Part shown: piece by piece, positions 1-12,744 of the stretch
How positions within the stretch are numbered: position 1 is the stretch's first letter
Layout: each line of letters opens with the position of its first letter
Origin: Eledone cirrhosa
Lineage: Eukaryota
Length of the DNA: 64,000 nucleotides
Direction: 5' to 3'
NCBI GenBank assembly: GCA_964016885.1
Contig: OZ024740.1
Span: 205,530,001 to 205,594,000 of the forward strand
Position numbers and translations under genes: made by a program
The notes under the pieces: generated by a model
Told to the model about the DNA's origin: nothing
The model's database searches: none
What the model saw: only the letters and a program-made list of their open reading frames with translations

Positions 1-942
1 AAGATGCCATGCAGTGGGATTGAACCTAAGACCTAATTGTTATGATGCAAACTTCTTAACCATTCAGCCGTGTTGTATCTATACCTTTATAGTTACAGTG
101 TAGATCAGTGTTAGCTTATCTTATGGCTTGATAACATCATAAGTGTTACAGTTCAAGGCTTTATACAAATGGTTTTAAAAGGACAGTTAACAGTGTTTAT
201 GATAAAAGGGGTTTATTTTATCTTTATCCCATTGTAGATTACTTAGAGTTTCAGAAATTTATATCAATGTATATTATATATATTATACTGTAACATCAAA
301 AGTATTGTGTGTCATCATCATCATCATCACCAAGATTTTGATGATGATCATCATCATGAAACATCCATTTTTTCCATACTGGCATAAGTTGGATGACTCG
401 TTACAGACTAAGTCATTGCTTAATTGGAGTTACTGTTCTCCCAGATAGGTTGTGGGGTGGCAGTAGTGGTGGTGGGGCTTGTCTTACACACATGCCCTTC
501 ATATCACCAACCACTTTACAGAGTGTACTGGGTGCATTTTATCATGGCACCAGAACTAGGGTGGTTGTTATATTCTAGAAACAACTGATGAGTTCTCTCA
601 GAATGTACTAGATGCTCTTCCTAATGCCAACCACTTTACAGAATGTACTGGAGACATTTTTTTGTGGCACTGGCACGATGGAGGTTGTCATGTCCTTGGA
701 ACAACTGTTCTTTTTGGCATAATTTCTGTGGCTGGATGCCCTTTCTAACACCAACCACTTTACATAGAGTGTGTACTTGGTACATTTTATTGTAACACCA
801 GCCCTATGGAGGTTGACATGTCCTTGATTTGGCTGAAAAGATCTTCCATTAATGTCATGATATCCTCTGAGAGTTTTACTGAAATGATCAATGTTCTTAG
901 AGAACATGAAACATTTCTAACTAATCAGTTTCATAAGTTTAG

Positions 943-2340
943 TGCTGTCACACCATGTAGACATGTGAAAGATATTGTGATGTCACACCATGTAGACATG
1001 TGAAAGATATTATATGCTGTCACACCATGTAGACATGTGAAAGATATTATATGCTGTCACACCATGTAGACATGTGAAAGATATATGATGTCACACCATG
1101 TAGACATGTGAAAGATATTATATGTTGTCACACCATGTAGACATGTGAAAGATATTATATGATGTCACACCATGTAGACATGTGAAAGATATTATATGAT
1201 GTCACACCATGTAGACATGTGAAAGATATTATATGTTGTCACACCATGTAGACATGTGAAAGATATTATATGCTGTCACACCATGTAGACATGTGAAAGA
1301 TATTATATGCTGTCACACCATGTAGACATGTGAAAGATATTATATGCTGTCACACCATGTAGACATGTGAAAGATATTATATGCTGTCATACCATGTAAA
1401 CTTGTGAAAGATATTATATGTTGTCACACCATGTAGACATGTGAAAGATATTATATGTTGTCACACCATGTAGACATATGAAAGATATTATATGCTGTCA
1501 CACCATGTAGACATGTGAAAGATATTATATGATGTCACACCATGTAGACATGTGAAAGATATTATATGATGTCACACCATGTAGACATGTGAAAGATATT
1601 ATATGTTGTCACACCATGTAGACATGTGAAAGATATTACATGATGTCACACCATGTAGACATGTGAAAGATATTATATGTTGTCACACCATGTAGACATG
1701 TGAAAGATATTATATGCTGTCACGCCATGTAGACATGTGAAAGATATTATATGTTGTCACACCATGTAGACATGTGAAAGATATTATATGTTGTCATACC
1801 ATGTAAACTTGTGAAAGATATTATATGTTGTCACACCATGTAGACATGTGAAAGATATTATATGTTGTCACACCATGTAGACATGTGAAAGATATTATGT
1901 TGTCACACCATGTAGACATGTGAAAGATATTATATGTTGTCACACCATGTAGACATGTGAAAGATATTATATGTTGTCACACCATGTAGACATGTGAAAG
2001 ATATTATATGTTGTCACACCATGTAGACATGTGAAAGATATTATATGTTGTCACACCATGTAGACACGTGAAAGATATTATATGTTGTCACACCATGTAG
2101 ACATGTGAAAGATATTATATGTTGTCACACCATGTAGACATGTGAAAGATATTATATGCTGTCACACCATGTAGACATGTGAAAGATATTATATGTTGTC
2201 ACACCATGTAGACATGTGAAAGATATTATATGTTGTCACACCATGTAGACATGTGAAAGATATTATATGTTGTCACACCATGTAGACATGTGAAAGATAT
2301 TATATGTTGTCACACCATGTAGACATGTGAAAGATATATG
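943..2340. repeat. 37-bp minisatellite, about 38 copies (TGTCACACCATGTAGACATGTGAAAGATATTATATGH)
   Basis: Directly visible contiguous tandem units with no spacers; only point variants and a few shortened units. Confidence 0.97.
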
Positions 2341-2627
2341 CCGCCGCCATTACCACCACCACCACTACCACCAACACCCAGTCTATATTACATAGCCAGC
2401 ATTAAAACAGAAAGAAACATTTTTTTAATGTATACTAAATACTTTGTTCACTTCATTCCTTGTCTCAGTTAAACTCTAAAGAATCTTGCAATAGTAAATG
2501 AATGCAGCTAAAGGGAAATGTAAAAGGTTTGATAGATTCAAGTTTGTCAGACAACCTAGTTTCTAACATTCCATGTACAACACAATTTATATGATTTTAA
2601 AGTACTTTCCATTGTACAGGGATGGAA

Positions 2628-2856
2628 TTAACCCTTTAGCATTTACATTACTCTATATTTACTATTGTATTTTCATGGTAAACACATTATTTCACATAAT
2701 TATCCCACATAATATCAAATCTATTAGACTTTGATATTATTAGTTTTGAGAACAATACCATAACGTTAGTATGAGTGGTCAGTTATGGCCGGTTTGAAAA
2801 GAAAGAGGTGAGAAAATTCTGGACGGATATGGTTGGTTTAAATGCTAGAAGGTTAA
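2628..2856. mobile_element. piggyBac-type MITE (TTAA-flanked, CCCTTTAGCATTTA TIR)
   Basis: TTAA|CCCTTTAGCATTTA ... TAAATGCTAGAAGG|TTAA; homologous copies at 6375, 33052 and 40066. Confidence 0.8.
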
Positions 2857-3269
2857 ACAAGTTACAGAATCATTTGAACAGTTCCAAAATATGTTATGAT
2901 ATTTGGTATGTCCTCAAATGAGTTGTTTCCATACAAACTGAGAATATAGCAGCTGCATGGTGAAAACATTGCCCTTGAACCCAGCTTTAGTATTTTTGCT
3001 TGGGCAGCATTGTATTTTTCCGCCATTCTGGTACTGTTGTCACATACTGGGATGCCTCATGCAGTGACACATTCTTCAGCGGCAACCTGGTGCAGTCTGT
3101 GACTAATCCATACCTCCACAGAAATGTTGTTTGTTCAACATGGGAGGAATTGGGAATTGAATCTACTGCTGATACATGATTAAATCATCATCATCATCAT
3201 TTTACGTCCGATTTTTCCTGCTTGCAAGGATATTCATATTAATATCATACAGATATTGGAAAAGTTCAC

Positions 3270-3476
3270 ATAATAAAGATGTTCAATATTTTTACATTTC
3301 CACAATAAATGGGTTCAATATTTTGATATTGCCACATTAAAGGGTTCAATATTTTTAGGGTTCAATGTTTTTATATTTCCACATTAAAGGGGTTCAATAT
3401 TATTACATTTCCACATTAAAGGGGTTCAATATTTTTACATTTCCACATTAAAGGGGTTCAATATTTTTAGGGTTCA
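3270..3476. repeat. ~32-bp minisatellite, left half (ATTTCCACATTAAAGGGGTTCAATATTTTTAC)
   Basis: Tandem units visible; the same array resumes at 5217 after a LINE insertion. Confidence 0.9.
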
Positions 3477-5216
3477 ATCATCATCATCATCATCATCGTT
3501 TAACGTCTATCTTCCATGCTAGCATGGGTTTAGAGGGGAATTGTCCCACTTGAGGCAAGATTGGTCGTCTCGCTCATATAGGACTGTCTGGCAGGTTTTC
3601 TACGGCTGGATGCCCTTCCTAACACCAACCACGTTTACAGCGTGGACTGGGAGGTTTTTACCATGTTACCTACACGGCCACATTACAGCATGGACTGTGT
3701 TTTTTTGTTGTGACACCTACACAACCTCATTTATTTAGGACTGGATGTTGTGGTACCAACATAACTTTACCGAGAAAGGGGTAGTGTTTATGGGGGTGGG
3801 GGTAGGGGAGTTGGGGGTAGTGGAAGGGGGGTGTATATTTGATTAAGAGGTGCCTACTGACTGTAGGTTTTGCTTTGTACTTACACAAGGCGGGTTTTCT
3901 GTATTACTGTGTAGCGCCAAAGATCTCGGTCCAGTGACATTGTTTTAGAGAGGTGTAAGTGTGTAAGGTCGGAATTTATCAAATCATCCCAGGTTTTTCT
4001 GGGTCTGCCTACTCCGTAACTTCCGTCAATTTTGTTCGCCCTGCACTTTTTATACAGCTGTTGTTTTTCATGCCAACGTAGTCTTCTTTCAAGTAAACAG
4101 CATCTGATCCCTCTTATACCTAATTTCTCACTTAGTTCATTTATGCTTTGCTGTTCACGTATATTACTATTACACATCCAAGCTTCGTTCCTCTCCAGTC
4201 TGCGCAGATCCTCTGCACACAATGCCCAAGTCTTACTGCCATGTAACATAGCTGTACGTATGCAGGCATCATACAGTCTGCCTTTCATTTTTAGAGAGAA
4301 ACCTTTAGCAGCCAATAGTGGTATAAGCTCTCTGAACTTTTTCCATCCCGTTCTGACTCTGGCTACTGTACTTTCTGAGCACCCTCCACCACTGCTGATT
4401 TTGTCACCCAGGTAACGGAAGGTGTCCACTATTTCTATAGAGCTATCTGGGCAATAAAAGGAGCTAGTATCCTGTGGGCGCTTGCTACTTATTGCACCTG
4501 AGTACTGGCCACATATAAAATCTACGTTCTTAGATAGCTTACCTGTGATTCCACTACATCTTTTATGCACCCATACTTTGCATCTGGGACATAAAATGGA
4601 ATTTCTGCCTACTCCTTTCCTACACCCTGAGCAAGGCCATTTCCCAGAGGGGACCTGTGCCCTATTTTCCTTCCTACATACTAGAACTTTAGTCTTAAAC
4701 AAGTTAACTTTAAGGCCTTTTGATTCTAGGCCATGCTTCCATGTTTGGAATTTCTTCTCTAGTTCATCCATCGATTCAGCTATGAGCGTTACATCATCTG
4801 CATATAGAAGTTCCTATGGGCAGTCGGTCTTAAACTCCTCTGTTATAGCCTGAAGGGCAATAATAAATAGGAGGAGGAGGGGGTTAAGGAAAGCGCCCTG
4901 ATGAACACCAACTTTTACGCTAAATTCTTCACTATATTTGTTGTTAATTCTAACCTTGGTGACTTTCTTTATATATGGCTTGTAGAGCTCTCACAAGCCA
5001 TTCATCAACCCCTAGTATTCTAAAGGCCCACCAGATAATGGCGCGGGGGGGACTCTGTCAAATGCTTTCTCCAATTCAACAAAAGCTAAGTATAGGGGTT
5101 TACTTTTAACTAGGCAGTTGTCGTACAAGGAAAAGGGCGTCTGTGGTACTTTTACCTGACACAAACCCGAACTGCACTTCATCTAGATCAATTTGCTCTC
5201 TGATTAGTTGTGCTAT
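3477..5216 (-). mobile_element. 5'-truncated, decayed RTE-clade LINE (RT fragment, ORF 3881-4771) with (GAT)n tail
   Basis: ORF 3881-4771 aligns by eye to ORF 49317-50825 (GLKVN, YLGD, RVRTGWKKFRELLPLL, RRLRW, GRPRKTW); ELLYADD is readable just upstream on the minus strand; (ATC)n tail at 3477-3497. Confidence 0.93.
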
Positions 5217-5480
5217 GTTTTTATATTTCCATATTAAAGGGTTCAATGTTTTTATATTTCCACATTAAAGGGGTTCACTATTTTTACATTTCCACATTAA
5301 AGGGGTTCAATATTTTTACATTTCCACTTTAAAGGGGTTCAATATTATTACATTTCCACATTAAAGGGGTTCAATATTTTAGGGTTCAATGTTTTATATT
5401 TCCACATTAGAGGGGTTCAATATTTTTACATTTCCACATTAAATGGGTTCAATATTATTACATTTCCACATTAAATCTAT
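5217..5480. repeat. ~32-bp minisatellite, right half
   Basis: Same unit as 3270-3476. Confidence 0.9.
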
Positions 5481-5895
5481 TACATTTTAAACATTTCTTT
5501 TGAATGAGCTCAACTTGTGGAGAATATTACAATAATAAATTATGTATTAGAATTTTAAGTTATCAATTTAACTGTTTCATTACCATATTTCTTACAAAAG
5601 TTAAATTAAAATAATAAAGAAAATGGAGGAATTTAGTAATATAACTAACTTTCTGTTTGGAATATAACTTAACAAAGGTTCTTACATATAATTATGATGG
5701 AATGTTTTTAGATAAATATAAAAACTTTAACCCTCTTGTTACAATATTTCTTATAAAAGCCACTTTTAAATCATTTTGAAAATAATCAAGAACTTGAAGG
5801 GATTTAGTAATATAGCTTTCTCATTATTTATCTGGTATTTAGAGCATAGCTTAACAAAGGTTCTTACATGGAATTATGATGGAATGCTTAAAGAT

Positions 5896-6355
5896 TTACT
5901 CTGTGGAGTGGAGATGGGAGAGATACGCAGTGATATACTTATGGAAGATCCTGGAAGGGTTAGTACCAAACTTCGGCATTGAAAGCAGGACCAACCCACG
6001 AATAGGACACCACTGTGTAGTGCCATAGGTCCCATCAAGAATAAGGACCACATATTGCAATAGCCTGGGGTTCAAAGGACTTCAGCTTCTTAATAATCTG
6101 CCAAAAAATGTGAGAGATCTACATGGTGTGCATGTAGATGTTTTCAAAAGATATCTCGACATTCTACTGACCAAGATCCCACATTAACCCACAACACGAG
6201 GCAAAGCACAAATAAGAGCAGCAGCAACAAACACCCTTTTGCATCAATGCCCAACCAGGGAAGGCTGGCTATAGAGAGTGTAGCATCAGTGGTGGTGCCC
6301 TAGCATGGCCTCAGACCCACGGCTGGAACACATAATAGAATAATACAGTAATAGA
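5896..6355 (+). mobile_element. 3' fragment of a CR1/L2/Jockey-group LINE with (AATAG)-like tail
   Basis: Reads ...WERYAVIYLWKILEGLVPNFGIE..., typical of the LINE ORF2 C-terminus; AAAGAT on both flanks is a possible TSD. Clade assignment is uncertain. Confidence 0.6.
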
Positions 6356-6374
6356 AAGATAAATATAAACACCT

Positions 6375-6664
6375 TTAACCCTTTAGTATTTACATTACTC
6401 TATATATACTATTATATTTTTGTGGTAAAAGCTTTACCACGAGGCGGTACTATAGCCAATGAGGATTATCCGACGCGTGGTTATTGCTAGTTGAAAACTA
6501 AACAATAATATCTCACCTGATATCAAATCTATGAGATTTTGATATTATTTATTTTGAGAACAATACCTTAACATCAGTATGAGCGACTAGTTACAGCTAG
6601 TTTGAACAGAAAGAGGTGAGAGAATTCTGGCTGGATATGGCCAGTTTAAATGCTAAAGGGTTAA
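6375..6664. mobile_element. piggyBac-type MITE copy with ~60-bp internal insertion
   Basis: TTAA|CCCTTTAGTATTTA ... TAAATGCTAAAGGG|TTAA; homologous to 2628-2856. Confidence 0.85.
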
Positions 6665-7021
6665 GATAACCTGTTTTGTATTGTGGAACCAAGGACAATT
6701 TATGATAATGTTTCGATCATACTTTGCTAAACTAATTTGAAATGAAACCTTTGATTTTAATTAAGATTGGACTTTATACCTTGTTTTTCAAGAATTATAC
6801 AACACTTGGGTACCATTGTTGTGGCATAATAAACTAGTTGTTTAGAAAAAAAACAATCTTAATCAAAATATGTTGTTTCAGTCTGATGAAATATGTTATA
6901 ATTTCTTTCAAATCTATTCTAATCTCTCTACTTATGCAATAACAACTATCAGATATGGTTCATACTGATAAAATGTTATTGTATTAAAATGATGTAGTAT
7001 ATCATTTAGAAAGATATATAT

Positions 7022-7197
7022 TTGTTTCTACTTTAGGCACAAGGCCAGCAATTACCCAGTTCATTACTGGTACTTTATTTTATCGACCCCGTAAGGATGA
7101 AAGGCAAAGTCAACCTCGGCGGGATTTGAACTCAGATCGTAAAGGGACGTAACTATGCTGGAAAGCATGGCGTCCGACCCTCTACCGATACTGCCAA
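7022..7197 (-). mobile_element. tRNA-derived SINE
   Basis: Minus strand has an A-box-like GGCAGTATCGGTAG, B-box GAGTTCAAATCC and core GCCTTTCATCCTTACGGGGTCGATAAAATAAAGTACCAG; near-identical copy at 10130-10307. Confidence 0.85.
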
Positions 7198-7269
7198 TGA
7201 GATAATGTAGACCCAGTATGTGAAAAATGAACAGGTGGAGTAAGAATACATGTAAAATATATTCTTTCA

Positions 7270-7790
7270 AATACTTGGAAGGCTCACTAGAAGTAGTTGA
7301 TAGCTTCTGTTACCTAACAGTAGAGATGGTTGTTGTGAAAGTACAGTAGTTAAAGCAAGAATGGGTTGAGAAAGTTCAAGACACTACTACCTCTGCTAGC
7401 AAAAAAGGGTTTCTATTTCAGAGTGAAGAACATATTCTATGATTTTTGTGCACAAACTGTGATGTTACATGGTAGTGAAATGTGAGTCTTGAATGGGGCA
7501 CTGGAAGCAATCACAGCAGAGAAGTATTTTACTGCAAGCATTCCTTTGGTTAGTCTGCGCCTGTCCATACTGTAAAGTGGTCATGTAGGTGTCCTGACAA
7601 AAAGCACCTAGTACACACTGTAAATGTGGTTGGCGTTAGGAAGGGCATCCAACCGTAGAAACCAAGCCCAAATCAGTTCCGTGTGAGCAAAACACAGTCC
7701 TCCGACCTGGATCTCTCACAACGGGACAACCTGTCTAACCCATGCTAGCGTTGAAAAATGGACGTTAAACAAGGATGATGATGGTAATGA
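7270..7790 (+). mobile_element. Decayed RTE LINE fragment plus RTE-type 3' end
   Basis: LEVVDSFCYL-like remnant; 3' segment GGAAGGGCATCCA...AACCCATGCTAGCG...GGACGTTAAAC(GAT)n matches 51060-51250. Confidence 0.7.
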
Positions 7791-8639
7791 AGCTTCTCTA
7801 AATTAGATTCAAAGCAAGCTTGTTTATTGAGATGTAAAGTATATTACTGTCAAATTTTTAAATATATATATTTGCTACTCCTTAAATGTTGAGTTGTTAG
7901 ACAGTTTAAGTTTACTGTTATTTCTAGTAACAATTTTATACTCGTCACCAAGTCTTTAATGAACAAATTTTTACCTTTGTTTAGTTCCCCGCATGCGTAC
8001 AGTATTGTGCATTATGTTGGATATTTCTGGATGTTCGTAATGTTCAGCAACAGGTAAATATATCTTTTTTCTTAGAATAGGAAACAGAACCCGCTCCGAA
8101 GATCGGCAAGTTCTGGTGGAATGAGCTATCTTAAATAGTTAATTAACTGTGATGGTCAATTTTGTTCTTTTGCTTGTGAAGCTGCAGTAAGGGCAACATT
8201 TATTGATCCCTCTAGCTTTAGGTCGTTTAACAAGGAATCTACCCCTAGAGTGCCTGTGAAGTTTCTTATTTTATTTTAAAGTACTTTACTGTGATCTTCC
8301 CTTATTTAAGATATTTCTCTCTCTTTCTATGCATGTCTATACATATACGCGTGCGTGCGTGCGTGGTAATATCTGTAGGTGTGAAAAAGGAAAACAGTAC
8401 CCAGTCGAGAAGAGAGCAGAAATATTATATTATATATTTATGTTCATACACGGAACGAAAGCGCTTCCCAAGGTTTCAAGACCAATACTGACGACACGTC
8501 TTGAATACAAGAGGGATCAAAATTGTGACTTATCTTCAGGTGCTTATACGAGTTTTTTTTCGTATAAGCACTTAATCAAAGTATGCGCCTAAACTATCAA
8601 CACACTTTTGCCATCTTAATGGTAACTTGTTTATGTTGG

Positions 8640-9010
8640 CAGCAAAGAAGCCTGGGGGGCGAGAGGCAATGAAATCACAAAAGGCTGTTTTTGCAGCTTC
8701 TTGAGGAGTGAATGTTTTTCCTAGCAAGACGTGGTTCAGTGCTTGGAAGACATGATAGTCAGTTGGTGCAAGGTCTGATGAAATATAGTGTGTGACAGAG
8801 AGTTTCTAAGCCTAGCTCCTGTAGTTTGAGCAGCGTTGTTTGTGCGACATATGGTCTAGCGTTGTCTTGCAAGAGGATTGACCTGTGTCTATTGACCAAT
8901 CTTGGTTGTTTAATCGCAAGGTCCCTCATCATTCCATCCAATTGGTACATCCGCTGTAATGGATTGGCCAAGTTTACAAAGCTGTAGTAGATGAAGCCAG
9001 CGCTGGACTA
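8640..9010 (-). mobile_element. mariner transposase fragment (pseudogene)
   Basis: ILLQDNARPYVAQTTLLKLQELGLETLCH matches the mariner LLHDNARPH...LPHPPYSPDLAP region; frameshifted. Confidence 0.85.
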
Positions 9011-10500
9011 CCCTTTTTTGTGTGTTTGTTTTTTTGCGATTTATTAGCCTTTTGGGGTCACACACGCCCCCGTAGAAAGTGTGCGACCTTTCTGCCAGGG
9101 AGCACAGAGAGAGGGGGTGCTCCCTTCTTCTCTTACCTGTACAAGCCGATATAGAGAGATGGCCCACTTACACGGGCCATTATTGCTACTTTCACCCATC
9201 TTTCATGGAATTGGCTGGGACTGAGTGCCTTTTTCGGGTGAAAGTAGCAATAATGGCCCGTGTAAGTGGGCCATCTCTCTATATCGGCTTGTACAGGTAA
9301 GAGAAGAAGGGAGCACCCCCCTCTCTCTGTACTCCCTGGCAGAAAGGTCGCACACTTTCTACGGGGGGGGGGGGGGGTGACCCCAAAAGGCTAATAAATC
9401 GCAAAAAAACAAACAAAAAAGGGGCAAATAAAGAAATTTATGCCCCAGTGGCAAATAAATCGGAAAAAAAAAAAAAAAAAAAAAAATTATTTCTTTTAAC
9501 GGCTAAAAAAAGGGGGAATGTAAATTTGTTGGAATAGCCTCATACATTGAAGTAAGCAGCAACTGCAGCAAGTAAGCGGCATTTAGACAGCTAAAATTGG
9601 ATATCGCCGATTTCTTTATTTGCCCCCCCCCCCCCTTTTTTTTGCGATTTATTAGCCTTTTGGGGTCACACACACCCCCGTAGAAAGTGTGCGTTACTGT
9701 GGAGAAGGAATTAGAAACAATTTTATCAAAATTCACTGCTATTCGGGAACATACAAAGCGAACTTTGGGTGACATACCAACTTCTGTTGATAATATAAGG
9801 AAAGAAATCAGTGAAGGTATTTATTACATTTTGATTGCATTTTTATTACAACCACTAATACTTACTATTATACCGAGGGGCCCTGCCCGTTCGGGAAAGG
9901 CTCTACAGACACGGATTCCGGGACGGAAACCCCTTGGAAAAGAAATGTCCCAGATGCGTTTGCAACGAGGAAACTGTGGGGATATGTCGCCGGCCAACAA
10001 ATGGTCCTCTTCTTCCGATACCACTTCGAAAGAAGGATCAAGGTGGAGAAAAAGGCACTCAGTCCCAGCCAATTCTATGAAAGATGGGCGAAAGTAGCAA
10101 TAATTGTTTCTACTTTTGAAAGTAGCAATAATTGTTTCTACTTTAGGCACAAGGCCAGCAATTACCCAGTGCATTACTGGTACTTTATTTTATCGACCCC
10201 GTAAGGATGAAAGGCAAAGTCAACCTCGGCAGGATTTGAACTCAGATCGTAAAGGGACGTAACTATGCTGGAAAGCATGGCGTCCGACCCTCTACCGATA
10301 CTGCCAAAATGGCCCGTGTAAGTGGGCCATCTCTCTATATCGGCTTGTACAGGTAAGAGAAGAAGGGAGCACCCCCCCCTCTCTCTGTGCTCCCTGGCAG
10401 AAAGCTCGCACACTTTCTACGGGGGTGTGTGTGACCCCAAAAGGCTAATAAATCGCAAAAAAACAAACAAAAAAAAGGGGCAAATAAAGAAATCTATGCC
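9011..10500. mobile_element. Cluster of rearranged Tx1/L1-clade LINE 3' fragments, including a foldback
   Basis: YRGALPVRERLYRHG...CPRCVCNEETV (zf-RVT-like, ~9870-9978) and FFRYHFERRIKVEKKALSPSQFYERWAKVA (ORF2 C-terminus), followed by a 3' UTR with AATAAA and an A-rich end; segments occur in both orientations. Confidence 0.65.
10106..10307 (-). mobile_element. tRNA-derived SINE inserted into the Tx1 fragment
   Basis: Near-identical to 7022-7197; splits the sequence GTAGCAAT|AATGGCCCG that is intact at about 9243. Confidence 0.85.
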
Positions 10501-10911
10501 CCATAAATAAATCTATATTTCTTTTAACGGCTAAAAAAAAGGGGAATGTAAATTTGTTGGAATAGCCTCATACATTGAAGTAAGCAAATTGGATATCGCC
10601 CACGTGCTATTTATATGTATTGCTTTGAGCGAGTATGCAAGAGCGTGTATGTATATGACGTGTATGCGTGAATGTGTGTGATTATATAAATGCCTATGTA
10701 TGTGTGTAAATGCCGTGACATATTTGTGTGTGTATGTAAGAATGTATAACAAAATACTGGTGTGTATGAATATAACAAAGATGCTCGGTTGTGTATATAA
10801 AGTTTAATTAACAAGTTGAAGTTATGTAGAACAGAATTGTTGACATGTCAATGGGTAGATGAAAGAATGAAGTTATTTGTTACCGTTTTGAAGTTAGCTC
10901 GCAAGAGACCA

Positions 10912-11138
10912 TGTTAGGGTTGCCAGTCGAACGCGCCTGGCCGAAGGGCCAGGCAGGTTAGAAGGCCAGGAGCCGAAAGGCAAATGAGAGAGAGAGAGAG
11001 ATCGCTCTGAGTATCCTTTTTATAGGGTCTCAAGACGGAAGTGACAAAAAGGGAAGTAATTCCAGCTACTTCCTGTCTAGAGAGCGTTAATCTATTGGTG
11101 ACGTGATCGTCACAACAAGGGAGGCAACTCTTGCTACA
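10912..11138 (-). mobile_element. Probable solo LTR (Gypsy-related)
   Basis: TG...CA ends; shares GGAAGTAA..CAGCTACTTCC..TGTCTAGAGAGCG and GCTACA with the LTR at 57330-57373; TATAAAA on the minus strand; no clear TSD. Confidence 0.5.
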
Positions 11139-11156
11139 AATGTGTGCAGGTATTTG

Positions 11157-11465
11157 TCGGGTTGAATTTATATCTTGGGGGGACCCAGGCACTTCAGGTC
11201 TGGGGGCCCCTCATACACAAAAAACTAGAATACACAGCAACCCCCTCCACCAATTTTACATATCAAAATTAGCTTGGCGCAAGTAATTGAAATTGAAACG
11301 TTATACATACAGGTATTAAATAAAACAATTCTAACTATCCTAAAACTAAAAAGCCCAGCTGAGGGCACAAATAAATTGCTACAGCCGTCGCTGGTGGGGA
11401 CACCCACTGCAGGGAGCCAGGGGAAATTGCGCCCTTTGACCCCCCCCCCATTACATCCGGCCCTG
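11157..11465. mobile_element. hAT-like non-autonomous element (CAGGGCCGGAT terminus)
   Basis: Ends ATCCGGCCCTG; inverted homolog of 19849-20163. Confidence 0.7.
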
Positions 11466-11499
11466 TGTATGTGAGAACGTTTGAGTGTGCGTAAGCACA

Positions 11500-12653
11500 T
11501 GTATGCATGTAGATATGCATGTATATGAAGGTTGGATCAAGCTAAATCAACCACTGTGTGTTATTCCTTTCCATTCTATTATTAATAGAGGCCACAAGTC
11601 ATTTAATCAAGAGGGCCTCTTTGATTCTCAGGGTGTCTATACTGCATTCAGTAGCCAAGATAGTGGTGGCTATTTCTTTAATCCTTGTTTTTGAATTTGA
11701 GGATGTTTGTAAAATGATGAGTAGTTAGTGATGATGTGTTCTTTTATTCTGAGGTGCAGGGGTTGAATAGTGCTGCCAATGTAGAATTGGCTGCACTTGT
11801 TACGTTACAGCCTGCACACCACATATGCACGAAGGCAATGATTGATGTTGTGGATAGGGCAATTGCTTAGGGTGCACGTGTTCTCATTGTTGAGGGGCTG
11901 TTTTTTTAGATAGACATCTCCACAGGGAAGGGCCTAAGTGGGTTAGTTTGATGTTAAGGCATTATCTCTGGATGGTCTTGCATATGGCATTGGTTGTTTC
12001 TTTGCTGAGACGTGGAATCCTGAAGAAGCAATTGTTGTCCTTCTTATGGGTTTGAGGTTCCACAGTGGAGTGCAGAAAGAGGCTGAGTAGCTGTTGGTTT
12101 CTAACACCATGCAGAGCTGTCTGATATGGGTGGCTTTACTTGAATCATCGCCGCATTTGTTGCGTATGCGTGCAATTTCACTTTTTATGTACCCTCTGCT
12201 GGAGCTTTTGAGGAGGGCAGATTTGTGGTGGATAAAAGGTCCCTGCAAGTCGTTTTGCAGTAGGAATTGGTGTTGATTTTTCCACTTTCAGTGATGTCCT
12301 GTCTGCAATCGAACGGCAAGGGATCTGGAGTTGGAGGGATGTTTTACAGTGAACATAATGTTTTCGTCTGCATTGTTGAACGACTCAAATATCCTTTTGG
12401 CACTCTTGCAGGAAGATGTGAGGATGAGGATATTATCTACATATCTAGTGAAGAATGTACAGTAAACCTGCCTGGCTTGATACCATGTATAGTCATGATG
12501 TCTGTTGGTAGGTGTGGCCAAGGAAACTGAAAATGGCATTGTTGACAACAGTGGATAGGAGCTGGGGGATGTCGGTCAGAGTGAGGCTGAAGCAGTGTAG
12601 GTTGGTGGAACATATGCATTCTGTTAGTATGTCTATAGATAGGAGTGCAGGTA

Positions 12654-12744
<91 letters not shown>

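Noticed and set aside
943-2340. CRISPR-like array (37-bp partly palindromic repeats)
   Set aside because: Units are contiguous with no unique spacers, there are no cas genes, and the context is eukaryotic.
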